A DNA stretch of 45,341 nucleotides from NCBI GenBank assembly GCA_000934665.2, contig JYFJ02003183.1:1-45341 (forward strand), read 5' to 3'. This document shows positions 12,277 to 23,311 of this stretch, in pieces. The stretch is from Catajapyx aquilonaris. Taxonomy: Eukaryota. The notes under the pieces are model-generated. The model saw only the letters and a list, made by a program, of their open reading frames with translations. It had not been told where the DNA came from and searched no databases. How positions within the stretch are numbered: the stretch's first letter is position 1; the number at the start of each line of letters is the position of its first letter. The position numbers were made by a program, and so were the translations under genes.

Positions 12277-14081
12277 TTAAGATTAAACCTGATCTTGTGG
12301 TCCTCCGAAGTAACAGCATATATGGGTCAAAAATGCTAGAAAATGGGCACATGTGACACCCTGTAGTGTCGAAACCAAGCATCGTACACATAAACTCGGT
12401 TGCATAAACCCATATATGGGCACTACAACATACCCAAATATGGTCAAAATCGGAGAAGGTTGTGTGGCCAAGGGCGGTCCCTTTGACGCGGAATCCCCCT
12501 TTGCGCAGGGCGATTTCTGAGAAAATGTCACGTGACAGGACCCATGTACACTGATCGCGTGGATCCTACCAAAAATTATTAGCATAGGTCCAAACAAAAC
12601 TCCAAGCAAAGTTTGGTGCTTTTGTCCAACTTGTCCCCTTCATCTCGCTAAGAGCCCCCACTATGTGGAATATTTTCATTTATGAGCAGCTCCACTGGTA
12701 TGGAACGTAATTTGACAGCTTTCTGCCCAGCTTTCTGTAGTATAATTATTTTTTTCTTGTCTAATCAAGAAATATATCTTCCTCTGCAGGATTATTGCAA
12801 ACCTGCGTTAAAGCAATAAGCGCGTGTCCTAAGACCAAAATCTCCATAATGCAATATTTTACCGCAATGTCATTTTTTTACTGGTGTTATCTTGGATGTC
12901 TAAACAACAATTAATTTAATTGTTATGTAATTTTTATAACCTTCAGCATTACAATGCTCGTTGCATTACAGATTGTGGTGTAGGCAGAAGTCCAACGGTA
13001 ACGGCAGATAGGCCATTGGAAATCTTTCTGTAAAAGCTGACAACACTGCATTGGTGAGTATAATTAATCTTTAAATTTTTTTTGAATGTAATGTAGTAAT
13101 AGTCCAATCAGATATTTCTTTTTTTAGACAGAATTAAACTTCGATGACACTACTTGTGCATTCTCTAAAACAATATATAATTATTTTTAATACAAGTTCC
13201 TTTTTAAAGTGTTGTCATATTGTGCCATTGCCATTCATGTGTAGAGAGAAGAGCCAAGAGTGGTGTCATCATGTTTTATCACTAACACAATATATTCTCA
13301 TCTAATTAATTAAGCTGTGTATATTGTATGATGCAGTTCTACGAATTTGCTGGCAGATTGTGTCCCATTGATGAAAATTGTTATTTTACAGCTGGTGTGT
13401 AATATAAGTGTGGCTAATCATTCATGCAACACAAAAATACATATGATTTAAATGAATTTTACAATAATTTTCAAATAGATTAATTTTTCAGGCGCAGACG
13501 AAGAGTTATGCTTATGTTTGGAGTATGGTTGTGGTATTTAATTAGCACTATGTCCAACATTATTTTCAGCTAGATCGTTCCTAGAGTAATTTGATTATGC
13601 TGAGATGCTGCCTGTTTTCTAGGAAAGAATCCCGAAGAATCCACATTGCCAAATATCATGTAAAGTTTGACTTCCCAGCCCTAGATTTTCCATGTGGGTT
13701 TAGATCGAGCTTTGATTTAGTTACACCCATTGAGGCATCTCTTCAGGACATTACATTTATGAGACTTACAATACAATAGCAATTACAATACAATTATCTC
13801 ACATTTCACCATAATTATTATGACAAGATACTCATACATAGAGGAATCAAAATTGTCATAATTTGAGTACCGTAATTATGTCTACCCATGCAGCACAGTT
13901 CAGAATGCATAACTAACACATATGAGTTTGTAGTCCTGTTGAGCTCATTTTAATTTTCTTAAGGTTGAACTTATATAAGATGCTTTGTATGAAATCTAAT
14001 TACACCATTATTATTCCTCTACAGGGTTCATAATACTTCAGAACACACTTTTTGGTCTTGCTGTTGAATGCTGGGAAAAAA

Positions 14082-15095
14082 ATGACTGCCAGAAAAAAAT
14101 TCCTCAAGACAGCAGATGTGAAGACATTTAGTTTCAATTGGACCATTGAAAATTACGAGCCCTATGGAATGGATGACAAAAAGATTACATCTAATTCATT
14201 CACCATCAGTGGATTGGAGTCAACAAAATGGAAGCTGGTGCTTCATCCCAATGGCAAAGCAGATAAGAATGAGGGTCACATATCTCTCTTCCTTCATTGC
14301 TTGTCTGATGTGGATGATTTCCAATTCCCTGCCAAATTTTCCCTCACCATTAGGAGTACCAATGACAAAAAGGATTACACTGGCAATTTTACAGAGATTC
14401 ACACCTTCTCCAAGCGTCGTCGGTCTTGGGGCTTTCATAAATTCATTAAAAACAAATACTTGGAAAAGAGAGCTTCTGACCTTCTTCCAAATCGTACCCT
14501 CACATTGATTTGCACAGGGGATCTTATGTTGGATGTGGATTGTAAAAAGACAGCTGATGTTTGTGGCCTTGGATTGCTGGAGGATACGAAGTGCATGCTG
14601 GAGTCTCAGGTTGGCAGGGATGTAACTCTGGTTGCAAGGGATGGAACAGAACTTCCAGTGCACAAGGTCATTCTGTGTGCCCAAAGCCCTGTGTTTGCAG
14701 CCATGTTTGACCAAGATACTGAGGAGAAGAAGACTGGGAGGGTTGTCATCAAGGACTTCAATTCAGATGTCCTGAGAGGCCTCATTAGCTTCATGTACAC
14801 AGATGAAGCCCCTGAAGATGTGACGGAGCTGGCCATGGATCTGCTGATTTCATCACACAAGTATCAGATCCCACGTCTTCAGTTTCTGTTGGTGAAGCAT
14901 GTCAGCACCACTTTGATTGTTGAAAATGTACTAAGCATTTTGAGTCATGCCGTCTTACTTGACTTGCCAACACTGAAGGATGGGTGCTTGCAGTTCATCA
15001 AGTCAAATGTAAAGGGGGTGACAGAGAGTCAGTCTTGGAAGGAGTTTGCTGATGTTGATGCCTTGAAGGTCCTTTTTGAATATGGGAGGAAATAG
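14082..15095 (+). CDS. MATH-BTB protein, copy G3, 337 aa, clade A
   Basis: Intact ORF with FSFNWTI, SWGFHKFI, VHKVILCAQSPVFAAMF and FMYTD. ATG chosen by alignment to G2. Confidence 0.93.
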   Translation: MTARKKFLKTADVKTFSFNWTIENYEPYGMDDKKITSNSFTISGLESTKWKLVLHPNGKADKNEGHISLFLHCLSDVDDFQFPAKFSLTIRSTNDKKDYTGNFTEIHTFSKRRRSWGFHKFIKNKYLEKRASDLLPNRTLTLICTGDLMLDVDCKKTADVCGLGLLEDTKCMLESQVGRDVTLVARDGTELPVHKVILCAQSPVFAAMFDQDTEEKKTGRVVIKDFNSDVLRGLISFMYTDEAPEDVTELAMDLLISSHKYQIPRLQFLLVKHVSTTLIVENVLSILSHAVLLDLPTLKDGCLQFIKSNVKGVTESQSWKEFADVDALKVLFEYGRK

Positions 15096-15180
15096 TCTGC
15101 ACTGGATAGATTTTTGAGATGAAAATGTGTGCTATTATTTGGCCCTGTTCTGGCCTATTGCAACCCTTTTTTTATTATTG

Positions 15181-15393
15181 AATTTCAAGTCTCAAGCAAC
15201 AGAACAAATTACGTGAAACATCGCCCCTTAAAGCCATAAACATTCAAACTAAACAGAGTAGATTGGGCTGTTTCATTTATTCCTGTATGAATAAACGAAA
15301 CAGCCCAATCTACTCCGTTTAGTTCGAATGTTTATGGCTTATTTATGGAGCGATGTTTCACGTAATTTGTTCTGTTGCTTGAGACTTGAAATT
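15181..15393. repeat. Inverted duplication (hairpin, ~100-bp arms, 6-nt loop) in the G3 3'UTR
   Basis: 15181-15282 is the near-perfect reverse complement of 15289-15393. G2 has only the right arm. Confidence 0.9.
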
Positions 15394-15610
15394 TTCAAAT
15401 GTGATTATTTAATGCTGTGTATCAGGCTATGGCTAATGGTTATTAAAGATGAAATTTCTAACATGTAGTTTTCTTTTGTTACATTCAAGATGTAATAACA
15501 GTGAAAACCAAAGGGTCAAAGTGTGTGTTTGTAAACCTTCAGGAGTTAAGCTGGGGCCAAATTACAATCAGATAATGTTTTATAGAGTGTTCTCAAAGGT
15601 CATCCTTATA

Positions 15611-15813
15611 CAGTAAAACCTCCATATAACGCTCTTTACCTGTGGGGACCAGGAATACCGAGCTGTCTATGTGGGAAAGCGTTGACAGCAGGAAGCGCTA
15701 TAAGCTGGAAAATTTACTATTGCGCCTTATGAGGCTGATCAAGGGACTGGAAAAAAGGAGTGTTAATAGCGGGAAAGCGTTATATGCAGGATCGTTATAT
15801 CGAGACTTTACTG
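15611..15813. mobile_element. pogo/Tigger-like MITE (duplicate of 8967-9152)
   Basis: TA|CAGTAAAACCTC...GAGACTTTACTG|TA at the homologous position. Confidence 0.75.
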
Positions 15814-16589
15814 TACTTAATTTTTCAGGTAATACGGTACTGTATATTATTCAAGGCCGATTCTGGTCCACAGTCCGTTCCTCTGTCTAATTTTCTCTCA
15901 TCAGGGTGTCCAACTGTAATTATACGGTTGAGTCGAATACGGTGAGAATATCAGGCCTTCTGGGGTAGGTAATTCTAATTAGCTAATTATGCCTCAATGC
16001 TACAAAATTGCGGAATGATAAAAAGGTGCATGCATTAAGCTATCTAATGTGAATATTTTGCGCTGCTCAGGGGATTCCCCTCTCCCCACTCTCGCATGAT
16101 TGATGGACCTTGTTCTTTGTCAACTATCTCAAGGTTACTCCTGGGCAAGAGGAAAAGGATACTGGCTGAAAAAAAAGGCAGGCGTTTTTTGGGTGTGTCA
16201 ATCGCGGGTGTGGACTGCAGCGTATGCTGTCAGTTTGGATAATATGGTGGGCAAGTTTCTACAACACATGGAGAGAGTGCCTGCAAAACTATATTTAGTT
16301 GAAGCAGCACTTGGTTATGAAGAAATGTGCTTATTGCTGAAGTGATGACCAGCACATAGTGCTGGGCTCATGTACTGTACAGTACAATGGAACAGTTGAG
16401 TGAATGTTGATAAGTTATGAAGTGACATATTGTGATATAATAATAACGGACTACTTGCTCTCTGTTATTGTATGGAATTAAGCATTTTAATGTTATTTGT
16501 TTCATTGCAGATTGTGGATTGAAGCCACCCGGATTGGCTCCAGGTAAGCTTTCTCTAAGAGCAGGTGACTTCATCCTGGTGAGCATAAA

Positions 16590-16769
16590 GCATTTACATG
16601 TGAGCGATTTGATTGCGCGATGTCATCACCAGCGGTAACATGGCTGCATAACCAAAGTAACCAGTAATGTTTCGGGCAAAAATCGATTGTTACTTTCACC
16701 TCAAACAATTTGATTCATTGCTCGGCGATAACATTGTGCAATCAAATCACTCACATGTAAACGCACCTT
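16590..16769. mobile_element. Palindromic MITE, possibly PIF/Harbinger-like; related copies at ~38995-39140 and ~41905-42060
   Basis: TTTACATGTGAGCGATTTGAT / ATCAAATCACTCACATGTAAA inverted ends. The core GGGCAAAAATCGATTGTTACTTTC is shared with the 39 kb copy. Confidence 0.6.
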
Positions 16770-17420
16770 AATAATCTTTACATCATTCTACTAAGCAGGT
16801 ATTATCAGGTAATATGGTGTAGTCAAATCAAATTTATCTTTTTCCCTGAGAGAATTTAAACTAATACATAACCTGCATGTTTGCTGGCGGATTGTGCCCG
16901 ATTGCTGTTCCACATGCAGGGTGTTACAACAAAAAAGAAGCAGTGCTTAACAAAAATTATTATTAATATTTATTTGTCTTTTATGGAATATATTACTTCG
17001 ATTGGTTTTGTAGTTGAAACTGGAAAGTAACTGCTGGATTTTTGAACCAGAACAGCCTGAAACTGCAATAGTAGCATTGCAAAATTGTACTTTACCAGCC
17101 TGTGTGTATAAGTCTGGATTTTTCTATCTTACATTGTTGCTACGAAACAGTCATGCACTTCCGCAATGACCACATAAGTGTATTAAACAGCCTCATATTG
17201 TCTGGAGACTGATGTGTATGCCAAGCATGAAATTTTACATTATTGTTTGCCATATATACAGTATCAACAATGGGGCTCTCATTGATATTATAAGCTCATC
17301 AATGCTGCATTGTACTTTCAACTGATACAATAATAGTAAGTAAACTACTCTTGCTCGTTAGAACACTACTGAATGAACATAATTTCTGTAAGCAGTGATT
17401 GTTCATGGCCAGACGACCTT

Positions 17421-17567
17421 GTATCATCAGTTCAAAAATAATTGTCCCAGTCATCCTGATGTGTGTGCTGCCTGCTCGACACACACCATGTAACTTACAT
17501 GGTGTGTGTCGAGCGGCCAGCCCACACGTCAGGATGACTGGGACAGTTCTTTTTGCACTGTTGATAC
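17421..17567. repeat. Palindromic element (~70-bp arms)
   Basis: Symmetric around CATGTAACTTACATG (~17493), e.g. TGTCCCAGTCATCCTGA / TCAGGATGACTGGGACA. Confidence 0.75.
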
Positions 17568-17976
17568 AGTGCTGGCCAAATTAGCCGTCGCTGAATGTTT
17601 TTTTTCGGCGGCGACGGCGGCGGTGTTACCTGGCAACCCCGTCCGGCGGGCCAATTCAAACATCAGCCCATGGAGAGCGCTTCCATTGTTGCCACTGTTT
17701 ACAAATCGAGTGAGTGACCCCAAAATGACTTATTGCTTCGAACATCATTATTTTTCCCGTTTTCTCCTGCCTATCCCTGCAGATACTGTGTGAGCAGACA
17801 GAAGAGACCATCGCTGGGTCGTCCACGTCACTCACTCGATTTGTAAACAGTGGCAACAATTGGAAGCACTCTCCATGGGCTGGTGTTTGAATTGGCCCGC
17901 CAGACGGGGTTGCCAGGTAACGCCGCCGCCGCAGCCGGAAAAAAACATTCAGCGACGGCTAATATGTCCAGCACTG
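17567..17976. mobile_element. Tc1-like MITE with ~150-bp TIRs
   Basis: TA|CAGTGCTGG...CCAGCACTG|TA, with arms 17567-17718 and 17827-17976. Confidence 0.85.
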
Positions 17977-18846
17977 TACGGTACTATTAACCGCAAAAGT
18001 AACGTCACGACTGTTTATGTGTTGGTAATCCTGGGCGCTGACAGGTTATGATATGTTTATATCGCGATGTTCCGGAATCCACAACACTATGCTCACCAGT
18101 CATGCGGCCACACGGTCCGCGGCGCGGTTTGAGAGAGCTGATACTTATTCGTGCAACATTACTTATTTCTAGGTTATATAGTGTCTGCGTATTTATAAAC
18201 CAGAACCAACTCGTTTATCAGCGATTTAATCCACACTGCAATAAAATAGTACTCCATTAGTTCTGAACATGATTTCACTTGTTCGAAAACATTGTTCTTG
18301 GATCTTGCCGTGCAAATTGGCTGATTCCATTGTGTTATTGCCACTTGCCACACAAAACCAAGACATATCATGCCAGCACCTGGTGGGTTATAATCCAAGA
18401 GGGCTGGTCAGTGAAGAAGACTATACTATTCACTCTCAGAAATGTCCGGGTTAAATATCCATGACAAAAGTGATGTTTTTTTCCCTGGATAAATGTATGC
18501 GACAACAGTCATGATTGTACAAAGGCAGTCATGTGTAAAATTTATTTATTTATACTTGACTGACTTTATACAATCATGACTGTTGTCGCATATATTGATC
18601 CAGGGAAAAAAACATCACTTTCATCATGGATATTAACGCAGACATTTCTTAGAGCGTAACCTGATATGGGAACCCAGCCTAACCTGACTCTGACGTAATA
18701 GGTTCACGCCTTTCGCCTGAAGGTACAGTTGACGGAAATCTGCCGAACGCACCTCTGGAACCTTCCACTCTTCCTGTTTCCAGGGGTATGCCTTCATGCA
18801 GCAATAGGAGCAATTACTCCTATTGTTGCATGAGGGCAATGATAAT

Positions 18847-19311
18847 AGGCGTATTCGGCAATTCAGGAATCTGACTTCCTGGGCTGTTTGGATGTTCGGC
18901 AAATCAGGTGCCACGCCCCCTGAAGTAAGTGCGCATGCGCCCTACCTGACTTCCCAAGCTCAGGAACTTAGTGTACTCCTGACCTGACTTACTTGCTGAG
19001 AAACAATTAACAAACAAATTATTGTTATGGATGCAGCAGTGTTGCCAATGCAAAATGCCCCAAAACCCCGCGAGAGGACCTGAAAATACCCGATTTTACC
19101 CGCATTTTCATTTTACCCGCACCATTACCCGCAAGCGTCCGAAATACGGCACCGAAATACCCGAACATTGGCATATCACTGGGATGCAGCACAGGCGGGT
19201 AGGGGGGGTCTCTCAGTTCGGCCGTTCGGCAATAATCTTCTGAGGGACAGGGCTAACAACTCAGATATCACGTGACGCATCGCAGAATAATCTGAATTGC
19301 CGAATACGCCT
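18847..19311. mobile_element. TIR MITE (Harbinger-like termini)
   Basis: AGGCGTATTCGGCAATTCAG / CTGAATTGCCGAATACGCCT, flanked by duplicated AAT (or TAATA). Confidence 0.7.
19037..19181. mobile_element. hAT-type MITE
   Basis: CAGTGTTGCCAATG...CATTGGCATATCACTG with an 8-bp TSD GGATGCAG (19029-19036 and 19182-19189). Confidence 0.85.
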
Positions 19312-20097
19312 AATAGAACACTGTTTTCTCCTATTGTTGTGTGAAGTGAATTTCCATGGAAAAAGGAGGAGTGGAAGGTTCCAGAGGTGCATTTGGCAGA
19401 ATTCCATACCCTATAACTTGGAAAACAAATGTGTTACTTCGCAGTCAGCATGTTAGGCTTGGTCCCCTACAGTATTTTGGTTAACTACTGGGCATTTCAT
19501 TTCATTTGCCAATGTCCGGCGCAACATCTGAAGTTTGTTAGGTTTATAAAAAAACTAGTTGATGATGACTGCAGTGTTGTTGATGCCAACCTGCCTGTCA
19601 ATCTGTCTTATACTGTACTATTTTATTGCAGTGTGGATTAAATCGCTGATAAATGAGTGGGTTCTGTTTTATAAATAGCCAGACTCTACATACACTAGAA
19701 ATAAGTAGCAGGAATAAGTAGCGGCAAGAGTAAGTAGCGGCGCTCTCAAACCTCGACCGGGACCATCCGGCCACGTGACCATGGGACTTGTCATATCTGG
19801 GGGGAAAAAGCAAACAACTTAATTATCTGTTATAACCTTATCCACGCAAAAAATGTAATTTTAGTTTTTATGCAAGTGCAATGAGCTTATGACAGTACCA
19901 GGAGCTTACCACCATTACAGTTGGATGACCTCTCACATTAAATCTCGCTTTATCCTCCACTAACCCGATGTATTTATTCTTGACTATTAAACTACCTGCA
20001 AAACTTTTGGTTTTTATCCCCTGTACTCACATTAAGTGGGGGCATCACGAAGCCCTTTTGTTTACCGGCTCCTCTTGTGGTATGGGCAGCATCTATA

Positions 20098-21507
20098 CAG
20101 GGTGTATCAGAGTCACGGGTCAAGCACGCACGGGGAAAAATCGTAGGTGGCGATAACACCGGTCAGTTTTATAAAACAATTAGAAATAAGGGAGTAATCG
20201 ATTTTTAATTACGGCATTATGGCGTGACGTCATGTCCTTTCCGTTCGAATTGAGAAGCGCGGAAAGATGAGTACGGTGCGTACAGCGGCTCTCTAGCCGT
20301 GCCGGTTGCACTGAACAAGGTGCTCTCATGCTCTCCCGCCTTCCCACGCAAAGCATTGGGCCGGGCTTACACCTCGGTAACCCCTCTTCGTGACCTGTCC
20401 ATGCAACGGTGCACCAAGAAATGGCGGAGGATGTCGAGCACCGATGTCTCTGTACAGGCAGGAATGACAGCAAGCATACCATGTAGATGTCCTCCTCATC
20501 GAAACATCACGAAGAATGTTTCTTGCGGTGGACAGACTGCTGTGTGAGGCCGGTACCGGCTAGTACATTGCGAGCCAGGCAAGATACGTCAGGTACGTAC
20601 AGTAGTACAGTGTGTTGTACACCAGTACTGTAACAGTGCTGTATTGCACAATGCACCTCGGACCGCACGTGCAATGGAGGAAGACGTTCTGGACATGGTA
20701 GCCATGGACCCATCAATCAGCACCCATGAAGTTGGTAAGCGTACTGTCCGTACGCATACCATGACCACAGCAAATCCTGGAACTTGCGTGCGCCCATTCG
20801 CTCGGATGCTGTCATGGATGATCCTTCACACATTGGGATGAAGGCTGTGCACTCTACACCCGACTTCACGGGTGCTGGTCGATGGGTCCATAGCTACCAT
20901 GTCTAGAACGTCTTCCTCCATTGCCATGGTACGTGCGGTCCGAGGTGCATTGTGCGATACAGTACTGTTACAGTACTGGTGTACAACACACTGTACTACT
21001 GTATGTACCTGACGTATCTTGCCTGCCTCGCAATGTACCAGCCGGTACCGGCCTCATGCAGCAGTCTGTCCACTGCAAGAAACATTCGTGATTTTTCGAT
21101 GAGGATGACCTCTCCGCGGTATGCTTGCTGTTATTCCTGCCTGTACAGAGACATCGGTGCTTGACATCCTCCGCCATTTCTCGGTGCACCGTTGCATGGG
21201 CAGGTTGCGAAGAGGGGTTGCCGAGGTCCAAGCCCGGCCCCATGCTTTACGTGGGAAGGTGGGAGAGCATGAGAGTGCCTGGTTCAGTGCAAGCGGCAAG
21301 GCTAGAGAGCTGCTGTACGCACCGTACTCGTCTTTGATGCTTCTCGATTCGAACGGAAAGGACGTGACGTCACACTGTATTGCCTTAATCAAAAATCGAT
21401 TACTCCCTTATTTCTAATTGTTTTATAAAACTGCCCAAGGTTATTGCCACCTACGATTTTTCCCCACCCCCTCGTGCGCGCTTGATCCGTGACTCTGATG
21501 CACCCTG
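20098..21507. mobile_element. 1.4-kb fold-back derivative of a Tc1/mariner transposon
   Basis: TA|CAGGGTG...CACCCTG|TA with ~630-bp inverted arms. Each arm ends in a transposase HTH remnant (PRTAR..MEEDVLDMVAMDPS.ST.EV). Confidence 0.85.
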
Positions 21508-21822
21508 TATACCAGATCAAATTGTAATTTCCAAGCTTCAAAACATAGCAAAGTTCATCTCTGTATGTGTTACTGTTTTTGAATTTTAAAAATACTCACA
21601 ATGACTTTTGACTCAGCCCATGTAACTTCAAAGTCATTGGGTCAGAGATGACCAAAACATGATGAATACAATCTTTATTATGTCTCCTATGATGAGAACA
21701 AGGCAATAGTATATTTTTTTTTCTTCCCAATATCATAAATGTGTGGAGTACAGGGTTATAAGGTGAAGTCAACTAATATTATTTCTTCGCATAATCCCTT
21801 TTTCTCAGATACTTGCTTAAAA

Positions 21823-22866
21823 ATGGCTGTGGCACGAGCACAACACCAAGTCACTGCTCCAAAAGTCCAGCCAATCTTCTTCCGGTGGTCCATCAAGAAC
21901 TACAGCATGCTGAAAATCAAAGATAATATTTCCTCTGTTCCATTTACCTCTGGTGATTCTGTGACTCCTACCTCATGGCGGATTCAAATTTTGGGCCAAG
22001 ATGATAATAGGCAAAGTCTGATGGCATACCTGACGTACCTTCCACGTCACAAAACTGATTTCATAGTAACAGCTAAGTTTACTCTCAGCATTGGGAACTT
22101 TTTCTCCTATTATGTGTATTCAGGGCAATTTGAATTCTCTGCAGATCGTTTGCGCTGCGGAGGTAATCTCATATCCTTCTCAGACTTGGAAAAATGTTCA
22201 AAGAAACTACATGTCCTTCCAAGGGATACCCTCACCATTACTTGCAAAGGAAAGATTATGTGTGGGTTTCGCAGTGGGCCCCAAGTAGTTCCTATTGACA
22301 TTGATATTGTTGCTCCTGGATTATCCACTGACATGAAGCATCTCTTGAAGTCCGGCAGAGATAGCGATGTGAAGTTGATGGCAGGAAGATCTTCATTTCC
22401 TGTTCATAAGCTCATTTTGATTGCTCGAAGTCCCGTGTTTGCTGCCATGTTTAACCATGACACCCTGGAGAATGAGACAGGAGAAGTAGTTATCAAGGAT
22501 GTAAAACCAAAGGTGTTGGAGAGTCTGATTTACTTCCTGTACACTGACGAATCGCCCCCAGATCTGTCCGGAATGGCCACGGAGCTTGCTGCAGCTGCAC
22601 ATAAGTACATGCTTCCTCGTCTCCAGTCAATGTGTGAGAAGCACCTTGCAAATGCTCTCACAGTAGATAATGTTATTGACAGGTTGGGTGTTTGCATTAT
22701 TTACAACTACTCCAACAAACTGGAGAAGGCTTGCTTGCAATTTGCCAAGTCAAACTTGAAGGAGGTGCAAGAAAGCAAGTCATGGAAAGCAGGTCTCCCT
22801 GTGGAAATCGTCCCTCCTCTTTTTGAGTTCTGCAGTGTGACATGTGACATACCACCTTCGTGTTGA
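21823..22866 (+). CDS. MATH-BTB protein, copy G4, 347 aa, clade B (divergent MATH)
   Basis: IFFRWSIKNY, WRIQI, LMAYLTY, LPRDTLTITC, then VHKLILIARSPVFAAMF, FLYTD and AAHKYMLPRL. Acceptor ends at 21808; ATG at 21823 by alignment to G6/G7. Confidence 0.93.
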   Translation: MAVARAQHQVTAPKVQPIFFRWSIKNYSMLKIKDNISSVPFTSGDSVTPTSWRIQILGQDDNRQSLMAYLTYLPRHKTDFIVTAKFTLSIGNFFSYYVYSGQFEFSADRLRCGGNLISFSDLEKCSKKLHVLPRDTLTITCKGKIMCGFRSGPQVVPIDIDIVAPGLSTDMKHLLKSGRDSDVKLMAGRSSFPVHKLILIARSPVFAAMFNHDTLENETGEVVIKDVKPKVLESLIYFLYTDESPPDLSGMATELAAAAHKYMLPRLQSMCEKHLANALTVDNVIDRLGVCIIYNYSNKLEKACLQFAKSNLKEVQESKSWKAGLPVEIVPPLFEFCSVTCDIPPSC

Positions 22867-23311
22867 AGATCTGGAGTTGCTTGGCTCAAGGCAAGTTTGC
22901 ACAGTATTTTGAGATTTTTAAATGTATAAAGGTGGAGTATGGACAGGGGAGGTGGAAAAACCCAGAAATCTACGGAAACTTACCTTGGGCAAAGTGTAGC
23001 AAGGTTGGCAGGCATCATATTATTATGCAGTGTACTTGTGAGGTCGCCAATGTAATGTGTAATATTTGTCATCTTGATGTTATCCATATTTTTCTCCTTT
23101 AGTTTTGTTAACCATGTTTGGTGTTTGTAGCCCTTCAGTTGTGGGGAAGCAACTGTTGGGGCATTCAGATTTTCTTTCTGGACATCTTTATTCCATGCTG
23201 CACTACTTAACGTAGTGTGTTTGAGAGTTATGTAATGCATAAGCTCACTGCATATTTTTCATCTATTAATCTTGTGTTATTTGGTGGGAATTTTCCTGTT
23301 GTAGACTAGAC

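Larger units (their letters stand above)
9745..12663. mobile_element. ~2.9-kb non-autonomous TIR transposon (Academ-like) with nested insertions
   Basis: TIRs TAGTGGGGGGCTCTTAG / CTAAGAGCCCCCACTA plus a subterminal inverted match (GGGGACAGGTTGGACAAAAGCACCA). Absent from the paralogous site at ~5220 (GATACGTGGAAT). Flanks CGT/TGT fit a decayed 3-bp TSD. Confidence 0.8.
5030..16199 (+). repeat. Recent tandem segmental duplication: 5030-9562 vs 9567-16199
   Basis: Colinear, high similarity of leader, CDS, 3'UTR, a shared MITE and downstream flank. Junction at 9562/9567. The second copy is enlarged by the 9745-12663 insertion. Confidence 0.85.
18100..19780. mobile_element. Large TIR element containing nested MITEs
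   Basis: Outer inverted repeat 18100-18252 vs 19615-19780 (TTATCAGCGATTTAATCCACACTGCAATAAAATAGTAC). Inner inverted pairs at 18453-18636, ~18735-19405, 18847-19311 and 19037-19181. Outer ends are approximate. Confidence 0.65.

Noticed and set aside
20180..21417. Mirror-image ORFs on both strands
   Set aside because: A product of the fold-back transposon arms, with frames broken differently in each arm.
21739..21822. N-terminal extensions in the ORF track (also at 7500, 14052, 34058 and 39990)
   Set aside because: They start at non-ATG codons or cross the splice acceptor; paralog alignment supports the downstream ATGs.
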